NCBI GenBank assembly: GCA_002633005.1
Contig: NMRA01000847.1
Coordinates: forward strand, 52,105-116,104
Direction of reading: 5' to 3'
Length of the DNA: 64,000 nucleotides
Origin: Phoronis australis
Taxonomy: Eukaryota > Animalia > Phoronida
The notes beneath the pieces are model-generated. The model was not told the origin of the DNA and ran no database searches. It was given only the letters and a program-made list of their open reading frames with translations. Below are positions 49,997-62,300 of the stretch, piece after piece; the first letter of the stretch is position 1; each line of letters begins with the position of its first letter. The translations under genes and the position numbers were made by a program.

Positions 49997-50499
49997 NNNN
50001 NNNNNNNNNNNNNNNNNNNNNNNNNNNNNNNNNNNNNNNNNNNNNNNNNNNNNNNNNNNNNNNNNNNNNNNNNNNNNNNNNNNNNNNNNNNNNNNNNNNN
50101 NNNNNNNNNNNNNNNNNNNNNNNNNNNNNNNNNNNNNNNNNNNNNNNNNNNNNNNNNNNNNNNNNNNNNNNNNNNNNNNNNNNNNNNNNNNNNNNNNNNN
50201 NNNNNNNNNNNNNNNNNNNNNNNNNNNNNNNNNNNNNNNNNNNNNNNNNNNNNNNNNNNNNNNNNNNNNNNNNNNNNNNNNNNNNNNNNNNNNNNNNNNN
50301 NNNNNNNNNNNNNNNNNNNNNNNNNNNNNNNNNNNNNNNNNNNNNNNNNNNNNNNNNNNNNNNNNNNNNNNNNNNNNNNNNNNNNNNNNNNNNNNNNNNN
50401 NNNNNNNNNNNNNNNNNNNNNNNNNNNNNNNNNNNNNNNNNNNNNNNNNNNNNNNNNNNNNNNNNNNNNNNNNNNNNNNNNNNNNNNNNNNNNNNNNNN
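49997..50499. other. Assembly gap (N run)
   Basis: Continuous Ns; the true length is unknown. Confidence 1.
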
Positions 50500-51240
50500 A
50501 CACAACCGAGGTAGAACAATGACTGACTCGGCAGCTCTCAAAGTCAGACTATGTGAAAAGAAATTGGCGGGAAGCGCTTGCCTCCTAAAACGTCACTTCC
50601 GGAAAAGCGGACGAATAATTAATAAAATTACGAAAAGCTGTAATTAAGTGAAACATATGTCTAGGAAAACCAACCAACCTTATTTTAGCTCAAAATGACA
50701 TGGAAAAAGGTTGCCTTCGCCTTTAAAGCCGTTTTTCTCGGCTCGTGATATCAGTGTATTGGCAAGATTCTCGGGCCTATTTTTCCGAAACACATGGATC
50801 AATCTTTACGAAATTTGAAAATTTTAAATCCTGTAGAACTGGTGTAAAATCACATGAAAATGTTTTTTGATACATGGACCAGATTTTTAGTTATTAGACG
50901 GAAAGTGACCAAATGACAGAAAGTGGTGTGCTTGCCACAACTCACACGCAAAAATGCAACAAAATCAAAATCATAATGATTTTATACATAAATTTGGTAT
51001 GGATATGTAGAATATTGCGTAACGAAACAGTTGATGATAATCCCTGTGCATTTTGAAAAAAATACGAGGTAAAGTTAGATTTGTTTGAAAATTAAAAAAT
51101 ACAGTATTTAAAAAACACGAAGTACATTAAAAACTTTTTTTTCGATTGTTGTCACTTTCAGAGTCATGTCTACTAGTTAAAACCCCCTTTATACTTATTT
51201 TAGGTAGGAACCTGGAGATTTGACCAGTGTATACACCCCC

Positions 51241-52145
51241 ATTAATGGTTTCATTCATGATGTTTCTACTTCTTATGCCTGTAGAAGGAGGCATACTGCT
51301 TGCATGGCATGCCTCATTCACCACAAAAAGGAATATCCTGGGGCTTCATGTTGTGTTTTCTTATATCGGTGAAAAAACTCTCGACGCATGCAACACCTCA
51401 ATCACAGGGCTGGTAAAGGTCTTGCTTGCTGTAGTGTCACTGTGTTTTATTGTCATGTGGTCGAATTCTTAGTTCCTGAACGACACACACACACACTCCT
51501 TTGTGGCATGCAGCAATGGTACAACTCTTTTTTGAAGGCGTGGACGTTAACTCCCTGAAGGACTGGTCATATGACAACAGTTCAACTGAAAAAATCAAAC
51601 GCATTTGCTTATTTGTTAGGCTAAATCTCACAAAGAAATCATGAAAAAACGGTGAAATGTAATGAATTATCGTGAACCCACCAACTAATTCAGAGTCCGT
51701 ATTGTTATAAAATTATTGACATAATACCGCAACTTGAAATACTATTCAGGCAAATGCAGAAAAAAGCGCGTTCACGATCGCCACAGAGAATTAACGACTT
51801 CGTTCCCGATCGCCGTCTCACACAAGGACTAGCTTGTAATGGTAGATATCTCGAATTGTTTCGCAAAACATATCTATAACAAAGGTGTCACCAGGGAGGA
51901 TTAAACCATAAACGACAAACAACTCTACTTAAGTACCCTGGAATGGCAACAAGTAGAAATTGTTGATTTCATGATGCGCGAGGCATTTTACCGAAAACCA
52001 TTAGTTTCTGCGCTTTTTATTTGAAAAAAATAATCAACAGCCAAGTATTATTTCAGAACCACAACAAAGTCTACACTCTGACGCTTTTCTGTGTGTTGCA
52101 TTCGCATGTACCAAGGTAGCCTCTATTAAGAAGAAAATGACACTC
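51241..52145 (-). repeat. Inverted compact copy of segment B
   Basis: For example GCGTTCACGATCGC..TTCGTTCCCGATCGCCGTCTCACACAAGGAC mirrors 42010-42072. Confidence 0.82.
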
Positions 52146-52271
52146 GGATATTGCCCCAGAGTAACAGACAGCAGACAGTGCAGTAGAAAACCCCCCGTTT
52201 TTTGATTTTCCAACAATACATATACAAACCGTACCGAGATTGGCGTACATGAAGTAATATCCCACGAGACG

Positions 52272-52322
52272 TTATTCCGCGTATCGACCGAGACCGAAGG
52301 TCAAGGTCGATACGCGGAATAA
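52272..52322. repeat. Perfect 18-bp hairpin with an inner GAA-loop hairpin
   Basis: TTATTCCGCGTATCGACC-GA-GACCGAAGGTC-AA-GGTCGATACGCGGAATAA. Confidence 0.9.
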
Positions 52323-53334
52323 GGTCGAGTATTTATCCTACGCGCTTCGAATTCTTAAGTTTCTTACATTTTTCGCAGATTTTTCAAATGCTTCACCCAT
52401 ACAGTTCACATGGCGGAACACATCCTTTACGTACATGTATGTACTTGCCCGTTAGGTTGCAAGTTTTCTCTTGTAAAAGAAACAGTTTTAGAAGTAACGA
52501 TTTATTTCTTGAAAAGAGGTAGCAAAAATGAAAATAACGGCAACTGAGCAGTGAATTTTTGACATTTTAATTTCCTAGGAATTGGCGCCTGAGTTGCAGA
52601 CGATATAGTATTCAGCAATTGAAAACTGAGGGAAAGTGTCATATAATTAACAGTTTTGTTCCAGATTTTACGTTTAGGGCCTGGTTGCATGTAGAATGTT
52701 AGTTACACTGCTACAACTGAATTACTTTAAACTATATTCGGAAAGTTTGATGATCGAACCGGCTGAAGACGTCGAGTCGACATTGACCTACCTTTTGAAC
52801 TTTCCATGACAGAGGTCACTGTTGAAGTAGTGCAGGAGGTGAATACGGAAAACTTTATTACATGGCCGTATTTCCCTCGACATATTCAACGTGCGTAGGA
52901 TAAAAGTACGTTTTTTAGTTATTTAGGTTTCTGTCGTATTCATGACTACACAGTTCACCGATAACGAGTGAAAAAACTGCATTACATAATGTTTCCATCT
53001 CGCCTATGGCCCCTCATAACTGCAATAGATTTCGGAAAATAAATGCATAACTTTCAACAACAAACTTTTGTGTTCGCAAAATATCATGTGAAAGTTCATC
53101 CTTGGTCTTAATATAGCCTAGAGACAAGTTTGTTGCAACGGTCCCTTCAGTCTTGATATTTATGATACGTAAGGCTAGCTAATTTTTTTCCTCAATACGG
53201 CCGGCAATAACTCGCCCCTTGTCGCCACACAGTCGCTGTACGCTACATTCACGCGTCCCTCCACCAGAAACCGCAAGATTTTTTTATTACCGTCTATTTA
53301 GTAGCAGGAGTCCAGTGACCGATTGAGAGTCTCA

Positions 53335-53749
53335 CATAAGGACTCAGCTAAGTTCCCTAAGTCTAGAATTGCGTGTTTGTGGGCTAGTGAAAACTCTGAC
53401 TGCCCTTTCTTATGCCGTTTGAGTCTCATTACTAAGTCAGTTGTTAGCTTTGATACAAATCGAGAGCGAACTGTAGGCAAACTTCTTAATGTTAGTGGAT
53501 ATTAGTAAGGATCTTTTCATCAGCATCGCCTCTAATTTAAGGACTACGTGTAAGTCCCTTATTCTTTTGGCATAATTAAGTGCTCAATTGTAGTTATATT
53601 TTTAGATAATGCCAATAGTTAAAGGGAGTTCCCAATAAAGATAAAATTACAGAGAAATATTACATCTGTGAGTAAGAAACGAAAGAATACGCAAAGGGTT
53701 TAGATAACTTAGTTAAATCCCTATTTAGGACTGTTTCATGCAACCGGGC
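53335..53749 (+). repeat. MITE fragment, paralog of 18300-18686
   Basis: Colinear shared blocks; ends TTTCATGCAACCGGGC. Confidence 0.65.
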
Positions 53750-55139
53750 AGTTTCTCCCACCTAAATGAACTTGATGATCAAGAGATGCTTAACAATAAG
53801 CAACCATTAGTAAAATTTAACTTCAATGACTAATCTAACAGCAGGTGGTAGGGTACTAAACGGTAGGGATTGTAAGTATAAAGTTTAACCACATGGGCGC
53901 ATCATGTTGTTGGTATTTCACCGGTATATTTAGAAATTCACATGTATACCATCTTTGCTACAGTGCCTCGCTCTTATCTGTAGTAAACACTGAGCTTTTG
54001 GTTCCGATTTCATGTGCGTGATGAGGGAGCAAAATATCACCTACTTGCGGGTAATTTGGTTGAGCGAGAAAATGTACAAATTTTGTCAGGGGTAGTTCGG
54101 AGCACTCCCGTGGAGCTAGGAACCAATATCATCTTGGTTCCTTGCGTGAAGCCATATCAATATACAATACCAAGTCGATAGTTTTGTCTGAGCCTGAATG
54201 TGGTTGAAGTTGATTTCATGTAAACTAGATAGTCAACAAGTGTACCCACATCATGATCACTTAATGAGCAGCGTTGAATTCGACCTTTACATTTTGAACC
54301 CGAATCCAAGGTCAGTAGTAACTTTGGATTTTAAACGTCTTATTTGCCAAATCCGGATCTAGCATATTTACAGACAAACCAACTGGTAATGTTACACTCG
54401 AATAAATAAAAACTAAAATTTCATTAGAGCAATTTTATTCTGCTATTCACTTTACCTAAGCTTTTGAATACTTCAAATGCATTTCCAATGTCAAAGCAAA
54501 CGCTAAAAAAAATCACAGGGACTCAAATCAAAGGTCTAAAATAGCGTTTCCGTTTCAGTTACCCAACGATTAAACCACATGCGGTGTACCTTAGAGGTAA
54601 GTGTAGATTCTTGGACCTAGTGTTTAATCTCCGACCTCAGAATCACTCGGTTCAGACTCGTAGTAGAAACTAATCAATCACGCTGCATTATTAGAGAACA
54701 AAATAATAAAATTGCTCAAAGAATGGCATTCGATCAGTTTTCTAGACACCGTGAACAGGTTAGACCCCCCGGGGTTGACTAATTCTAAGCCACCTTATCT
54801 AAATTTACTTTAGTTAGCTTATTTTCCTTCACAAAACATATACATGTAAATCCGCTACCTCTCAGCCCCGTTAATGTCACCTTGGTATAAGGTTACCTTA
54901 AGTTGCATAAAAAATCGTCATAACTTGCTAACTCGAGCTTACCTTAGCACCAACTTTTCTCTGAAGAGTTGGAAAACCCGTGTCGCAATGTGCAATTACA
55001 TGAACTTGTTGAATTTGTCATTGTTTAATACTCAGTGTATTAGAACATCACTGGAATATTATCATCAATATTATGATTTTAATAGTTATTAATGTAAACA
55101 TTCTGTTTTATTATTACCATTACTATAAGTATTTCTACA

Positions 55140-55700
55140 TCTATTATTATTATTAGTATTATTATTATTATATTAATTGTTCTTTGTAATACGATTATTG
55201 TTATTATTAATAACATTAATTTCTACTATTAGTCTTCTTCTTCTTACTATAAAAATAATAATAATAATAATAATAATAACAACATTGATATTAATTGTGT
55301 ATAGTAATAATAATAATAACAATAATAATAATAATAATAATAATAGTACTAGTACTATTACTATTACTATTATTATTATTATTATTAGTAGTAGTAGTAG
55401 TAGTAGTATTAGTATTATTAGTATTAGTATTAGTATTATATAATTTTTATTTTCATTTTTATTACTATTATTATTATACACAATTAATATTAATGGTAAT
55501 ATAATTTTACTATTACTAATACTATTACTATAACTATTACTACTAGTACTAGTACTAGTACTAGTACTAGTACTAGTACTAGTAATAGTATTATTAGTAT
55601 TAGTATTATATAATTTTTATTTTCATTTTTATTACTATTATCATTATACACAATTAATATTAATGGTAGTATTATTATTATCATTTTGTTACTATACTAC
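55140..55700. repeat. Compound AT-rich microsatellite (TAT/TAA/TAG/ACTAGT)n with a duplicated block
   Basis: Trinucleotide and hexanucleotide runs. TTAGTATTAGTATTATATAATTTTTATTTTCATTTTTATTAC...CACAATTAATATTAATGGTA occurs twice, about 170 bp apart. Confidence 0.95.
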
Positions 55701-58700
55701 CTTATTACCATGTATCGTAGTTTTCACGCATCATGTGCTTACATCCGAACTAATGCGTTTTCCAAAAAATTCTTTGGTCAAATGCGTTACGGTGGCGCCA
55801 TTACAATCACAGTATCAGACACACCTTAATATTAACTTTGGCGGCGAGATTATCTGCTGACCTAATTTCATATTCATTTTTTATGGGGGAGACGTTAGCA
55901 TACTCTATATACGTCTCATTGTTGTACTTCTGACCCTGCGTATTGTTTGGCTCAAGCCAACTTAATGCTTGCCCTTAGGATGGTCCACCAACCAACGCTA
56001 CTGGCTAAATACAACGTGTAAGCAACCTTTGGGGATCACAGCCTCAGTAGAGAGTTGGATCTTCTTTGTTTTTTGACCGTACTGTGAGTACAGATTTTCG
56101 TATTTGGTAATTAACAGTGGGGGTAAATGTAGAGATGTTAAATATTTCAATTGGTTTAGAACCATATAGCAACCGACACTGGGTTGACCTCAGTTCAACA
56201 ATGCTGAGACCTGATAAGCCTGGAAAGCGATTGTGAGGGTTGTTCGTCCTGACCTATTTTGCGAACGGTGGCGAGTACACAGACACTGTATGAAATCAGA
56301 GGTCAACAAAAAGTTGAGTTCGTCGCTGGGTTGCGTCGTTCTCGATTACATTTAGGTTGATCAAAAAGTGTTATTCTCACACTTTGCCGCTTAAATTCGT
56401 CAGTATTTAAATCATTAGGACAATCATCACGAATTTTTTCAAATTGGACCTACACTATTGACCATTTCATGAACTACCAAGCTGCAAAAAATATTTGTTA
56501 AATATTCACTGCCGTTTATTGCCTGTTTCAGTACTACACGTGTCCGTTTTGTGCTGCAAGCATACCTGCAGGAGGCGACCAAACTTATCGATTACTGGAA
56601 TCAATTCACCTGTTCACATATAGCTGACAAAACCTGGTAAAAGTTTTCCTGCAGAGTAAATTGTGCTACTTTCTAATGGGTGAACAATTTAATAATGTGA
56701 ACCTGCAAGGTTGTTCCATGTGTTATCTTATAGGTAGACACCTTTGTTTTAAAATTTTCACAACGAGGAATGTTATCTCAGAGATTTCAAGTTATTCAAT
56801 TGCAGGCAAAGTAGGTTTGCAGAAAAGTTTATTTTCATACTAAATTACAACGCCACCTCGAGTAATAATCATGTACTAACCGTCGAAAGACATTAGTTGA
56901 AGTAAGTAGAGGTTTTAAGCAAGTCACAGGGAAACCACCCAAAAATATAGTGTGCATCTATAAATTTCAAGGTGTATCACAAAGTGCATATTTTAGCCTG
57001 GAATGAAGACAGGAATTGCATTGTTTGTGGGACTTTTGTGCAAATCTTCGGTGGTCAACATTGACCCAATTTAAACATACCGAGTAGAAATTTCTTTTTA
57101 GAAACTAATACGGGATACAGATGAGAAGAAATGAAATATATGATAAAGAATTGGAAAAATATCTTTGAACAAAGGAGATAAAATTGATCTACACTGTAAA
57201 TGTAGGTCTGTGCGGAATCTTTTAAGATTCATTTAAAAATGCCCTATTTTATAAAACACTTCTTTTCATGACTGTACATGACTTGCTACGCCATATAAAC
57301 TGATATGGAATCGTCTCATGCATGTAGTTTATAATCGCCTTTGCTGTCCGCGATTGAAAATGGTCCGTCAACCGACAAATCGACAAAGTTTACAATGTAC
57401 TGGCCTTCCACCGGTTGGCTTACAACTTCCATTTCCATTAATAACTTCTTCGTTTTCTCCTGGCTTCATAAATGTCTATACGCCGTCCAAAGCTTTGCGA
57501 TCTACATGTGCCTCACGCTGTCCTCGTATTGAAGTGGATTTCCCTGCTTCAACAATAACATCACAACAAAACACTGATGTTAGCCTCGGTGAGATCGACG
57601 TATAACGTCATTAATGCTTCCGCACACAAATACCGTGCGCTCTGGTTCAGTTTGCAATAGTTTTTAAGAGTTTAACAAGAAATGAAACAACTAAAAATCA
57701 ATGCGACAAATTAACAGAAATTCAAAAAATCATACCAGGGATGAAATCCGGCGAATCTAATCATTGTTTCGTTTTTTTTTCTCGCGACTGAATCATACGG
57801 AGTGGCAAGGATGTTTGTGCTGGCTAGGTGACTTTAACTCATGAAATACAATGTAAGTTTGTCCATTTGTAGTTGAACAATTTTTTTCATTCGAAGTTGC
57901 TAGAACATATGTTTTTAAGAGAAGGCAAAAACAAGTTCATTGCATCTGTGAAAAAGCGACTTTAAAATCTAACAATGGACAGTTATAACCAAATCGAACC
58001 TCGCAAATTGACTGCCCACCGCTGAAGAACGGAGCTGAACGCAAAAGTGCTGACGCCGGTCACGGCTGGTTGTATCCAACTCGGACCACTCGTCTCAGGA
58101 GAAATCTTGCAGCGGTTGCCCTCTTACGCTCCCCCCAATGAATGACATTTCAATTATTTTTGTAAACATGATCTCTCAAATTAAAAATAAAAAGTTCAAT
58201 ATAGGGAGTGTCTTGTCTATTTGGTGTTCAGCAACTACAAGGGTCTGGACTGTGCGTCAGACTACTTAAATCTGACACTTCCGTGTCCATTCAAAAAGGT
58301 GTTCTTGACCTAGACAGCCTTTCTGTCTGTCTGTCACCTCGCCAATTTGAAAGTAAGAACCTTCTCTGTCCAGTGCCCTCACCTCCGCTGTCTCAACGGG
58401 AGTGCCCCGTGTCTCTAAGGTGATTGAACACGACGGAATTGAAACCATTGTCGTTTACTCCGCGATCCTAAGCGATGTATTTTCTGAGGGACTGTTCAGT
58501 CTCACCACTTTTTACGAATTATTCGCATTGGTGAAACCGGTCCTTGCAGTTGTTGTACGAGAACAGTGTCACAGGGTGACGACATTTTCGCAAAATCCCA
58601 GTAGAAGGAGCCACTGGCGGCTCCGCAACTTAAAATGGATGTATTCTTACTAACTACTTAATCAATATTTATTCTGACAAAATACAATAGTAGGTATAAG

Positions 58701-59004
58701 GTACAAGGAATTTAAAAAAATAAGTATGTACACTCTCTGGATAACACCAAAAGATTTAAAACTTATTTCCGTGATTATCCATACACAAATTAAAAAAAGA
58801 AAACAAAGATGGCGAATAAATAATAAAATTTGAATAATTATACAAGAGGAATAAGAGATGTGAAAAAACTAGGTACAGTGAAAATGAGCTGAAAATACTG
58901 TAGGATGAAGTGACATGATAGATGACAAATAAATATATAAATGATTAAATAAGATATATCAATTTAATGAATTAAATCGGGGTTATCATTTTTATCACTA
59001 AGGC

Positions 59005-59300
59005 TAATTAGGTATTGTTTGATTTGTCGTTTAAAATTGTTGAAATCTGTAATGTCTCTCAGCTGGCAGCCAGTACTAGGCTAATATTCAGGGGTGAGGT
59101 AAACGGACGGAAGTTAGACTTGTTCGACAGTATAGGGCAAGCTCAGACCATAAAACACACAATTATCTCAACCACGTCTAGATTAACTATGTAATTCGTG
59201 TTAAGTGAGAAATTGGCTTTTGAGGTTTCGCGCAAGTGGTCCAAGATCATCTGACAAACTGTGCTCAGATACTGAAAAATGCCTAGAGAAAGTGTTAGAA
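59005..59300 (-). mobile_element. CR1/L2-clade LINE 3' remnant
   Basis: Frameshifted fragments LGIFQY...CRT...LRDITDFNNFKRQIKQYLIS resemble the ORF2 tail of L2/Crack-like LINEs. Confidence 0.45.
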
Positions 59301-62300
59301 CCTCCGAAGCAAAATAAAGCATAAACTGAACATACTCAATATTGGTGCAGAGTTGAGCCAATTACTTAAAAAAATCATGTTAATCGATGGCTAGGATGAG
59401 GATCTAATCTCCTAACTCAGATCCCAAATTTAGTCAATCACGCTACACGATAAGATTGCGTTCATCAGCAGCGTGATATACATTGTACATGTACCGTGGG
59501 CCGAGTGCCAAGGCTTGAACCCGGGTCCAAGGATTTGTCTGTGGGTTGGTTGAGGTCACCACAGACTGCCAGTAAGTAAGCCACATCAACAAACACAGAA
59601 TAACTGTATTACTGCATGCTACAACAACCAGTTCAATCATGAAGTCCATGTGTTCGTCAAATAAAAACAATTTCCATTACGGTCGTAGAAGACTAGCAAA
59701 GTCTCGGGCGTACTTATGAGCGAACGGTTTCGGTCGTAAAGCACGAGCAAAGTCTCGGTCGTAGTAAGTTACGAGCGTATACGCTCGACACCTCCACCCG
59801 AGCGGCCTACGATACATGTCGACCCTTTACGTGTACGATATCTGTTGTAGGTAACATAACATGGTAACGATTGATAACGACCAGGTCAACGCTTTAAGGC
59901 AATGAATCTTAGGACAAGGTTGGTGATAAAGGGTCACAGTCAAGCTGCAGAGATCTACGCAAAGACGCATTTCAAAATATGGTCCGTCAAGCTTACTATC
60001 TCGGGCTTATTCTCGTGAGTTGGCAGGTTCTGGCTCCGTCTGCTCACAGCAGAAACGCGGGATCTGACAACTGTGAAAGGAAGGCGTATTTCGGAGTGAA
60101 AGCTGACAACGAAGGATTCAACGTCTCGATCAACAACGTGCTGGTAATACCTAATTTTAGTTTCATAGTCTGCAACTTCTTACAGTGGCAATTCAGCAAC
60201 AAATCTTCACTTATGGAGCTGAATGTGAATTCAGCCCCACGATTCAACGCTTCAACTTCGCCCATCAGTCGAGGATGGGCTTGTAAGCTCACGGGCATAG
60301 TCGGGAAATAATCGCTTTTCACTCGCATGGTTTTGGGAGGCCATAAAATATCTTTTTCTCGCAAGAAACTAAGTCTACGAACACTCTTCAGGGCTGAGTT
60401 CTGTAGACACAGAAATTTCAAGAAAATGCAAAATCTCGAAAGACTGCGACATATTATTTTGCACTACAAGCAAAGCTGTGTTCCACTAACTTTTCTCTAA
60501 AATATCGTAGGACTACGGAACACAATTTAATTTGTGTATACTGACTTTAAACTGGCTAACTGAACCATGGAAAAGTACTGTTTAAGAAAAAAAAAAAAAC
60601 ACCCAACGTTTGGTTTCGAAATGTATGAACGCTAGAACATACCTCTGTGGGGATTGTTGGCAAGTAAACTGGAGATTTGACCCGCATATGCCTGATCTGA
60701 ACTAATTATCCATATACGTCTGAGGAAGGTGCTGCGTTAAGTAACCACAGGGATAAATAAAAGACGTACACGACGTGGCATTGGTGAAAGCGTAAATAGC
60801 CTGCTTTCCGTTGATACTGTGGTCGAAAATTCGATTAGCCACTTCGCGAACTAAAACGTCGCCCTTTCAGATTTTACCCACAATGCGTCACAACGGTAGG
60901 ACATTTGCTGCAGAGTTGCTGCTTGGCTTGTATAAAAATAAATTCGCAGCACTGAAAAAGTGGAGGCTAAAGTCCTCATCCCCTGTGGTGCACCGCCAAT
61001 GGACCGCGTGTGAAAAAATTCGGAGGCTACACCCCCCCCCCCCCCCCCCCCNCCCAGCCCCCTATGGTGCCCCGTCCATGATAAGGCCACTAAAACCTAC
61101 TGAGTGAGGCTGCAACGCTGACGTCAAAACGGAGTCGCCAACCGGCAAGTTCTAAGCGCTTAGTATGGTCTCGAGCAACTTAAAAGCTGGCAGTTTTTTC
61201 AACGCCAACGAATAACACTCAGCTTCTCAATAAGGAAAGATTCCATAGCGGAAAAAGTCTAAATCAAATTAAAGTTTCTTTGGTGGAACACACGGTGTTA
61301 AAGAGTCCCCACCATGCATTTTCTTACTTTTTCAGGTTTCAGTTTGCTAATGTGAATCTAATACCATAAAATCTTACTAATTAATAGGCATTTTTTATGC
61401 CAAATAGTCGCAAATTTTTAAAAAAAATTACTTATTTCTAATTTTCGCTCCGAATGATGCAATGTCTGGAGGACGGTAAGCCGCTTGGCAATCATTTCCA
61501 GTGTCGGAACTGTGCACGTCAGAACTCAAGTACAACACAATATGCATAAGCCTACTTGTAATAGCACTGGATCTGCGGGGCCGGGGTCCAGGGCCTGGCA
61601 TCACTCGCCCTAGAATGGAAGCAGTTTGTTCGTTATTTACAAAATTTTCAAATGCACTTTCATGGTGGTGAGTCCTACATTGTAACGCCGCGAATGTGTG
61701 TGGTCGAAACACGATTCTTTGAAATGTGCCGATCAAAGTGTCGACTTCCGCCGGACTGAATCGCATGTTTCACACTGACACTCCACACTCTCGTTCAGCG
61801 CACAATCATGGGCGGCGCAACACTGAAATAGTGGCCGGGGTTAAAGCCCCCCCCNCCCCAGCCCCTCTGCGGCTCTCCGCGGACTTTCTTCACAACTCCA
61901 CAGTATCGCATTAGTAAACAACAACGGCGGAGGCGGTCTTCCACCCATAGCGTACAAATCCGATAACAGAAAAATATGTTTTTCAATTTTTTGGCTTGTT
62001 TCGTAGCAACAGGTGTACTAAAGGCTATTAAATCTATTAATATGTAATAATAAAATTCTTTTTGAGACACAGGATCATGGTAGGAACTCTTTAATACACT
62101 TACCGGCAATTCTATTCTAGCTGCTGCAACATACAAAGTCTAACCCCTTTGTCTACCTCGGCTCTGGATCGACGGCATTTCTCGGTCACCATGGAAACTT
62201 CGACATCAAGGACTATGTCAAAAGTCGAATTCCTTTGTCCGATTTCTATATGCAAACGGAACAAGACAGCACCACAGTACACCTGACAATGTCGTTCTTG

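Larger units (their letters stand above)
49371..50722. mobile_element. Young Kolobok element with 158-bp TIRs; interior lost in an assembly gap
   Basis: 49371-49528 and 50565-50722 are reverse complements with one visible mismatch. TTAA at 49367-49370 and 50723-50726; the element encodes a KolX N-terminus. Confidence 0.88.

Noticed and set aside
49748-50647. Long ORFs of 170-300 aa in several frames
   Set aside because: Artefacts of translating the N gap; only the 49705-49996 frame has real motifs.
55173-55684. Poly-Ile/Leu/Asn ORFs resembling membrane proteins
   Set aside because: Translations of AT-rich microsatellites.
61428-61766. RFSPAEVDTLI resembling a Myb/SANT-like (Harbinger-associated) start
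   Set aside because: The conserved tryptophans are absent and no partner nuclease is seen.
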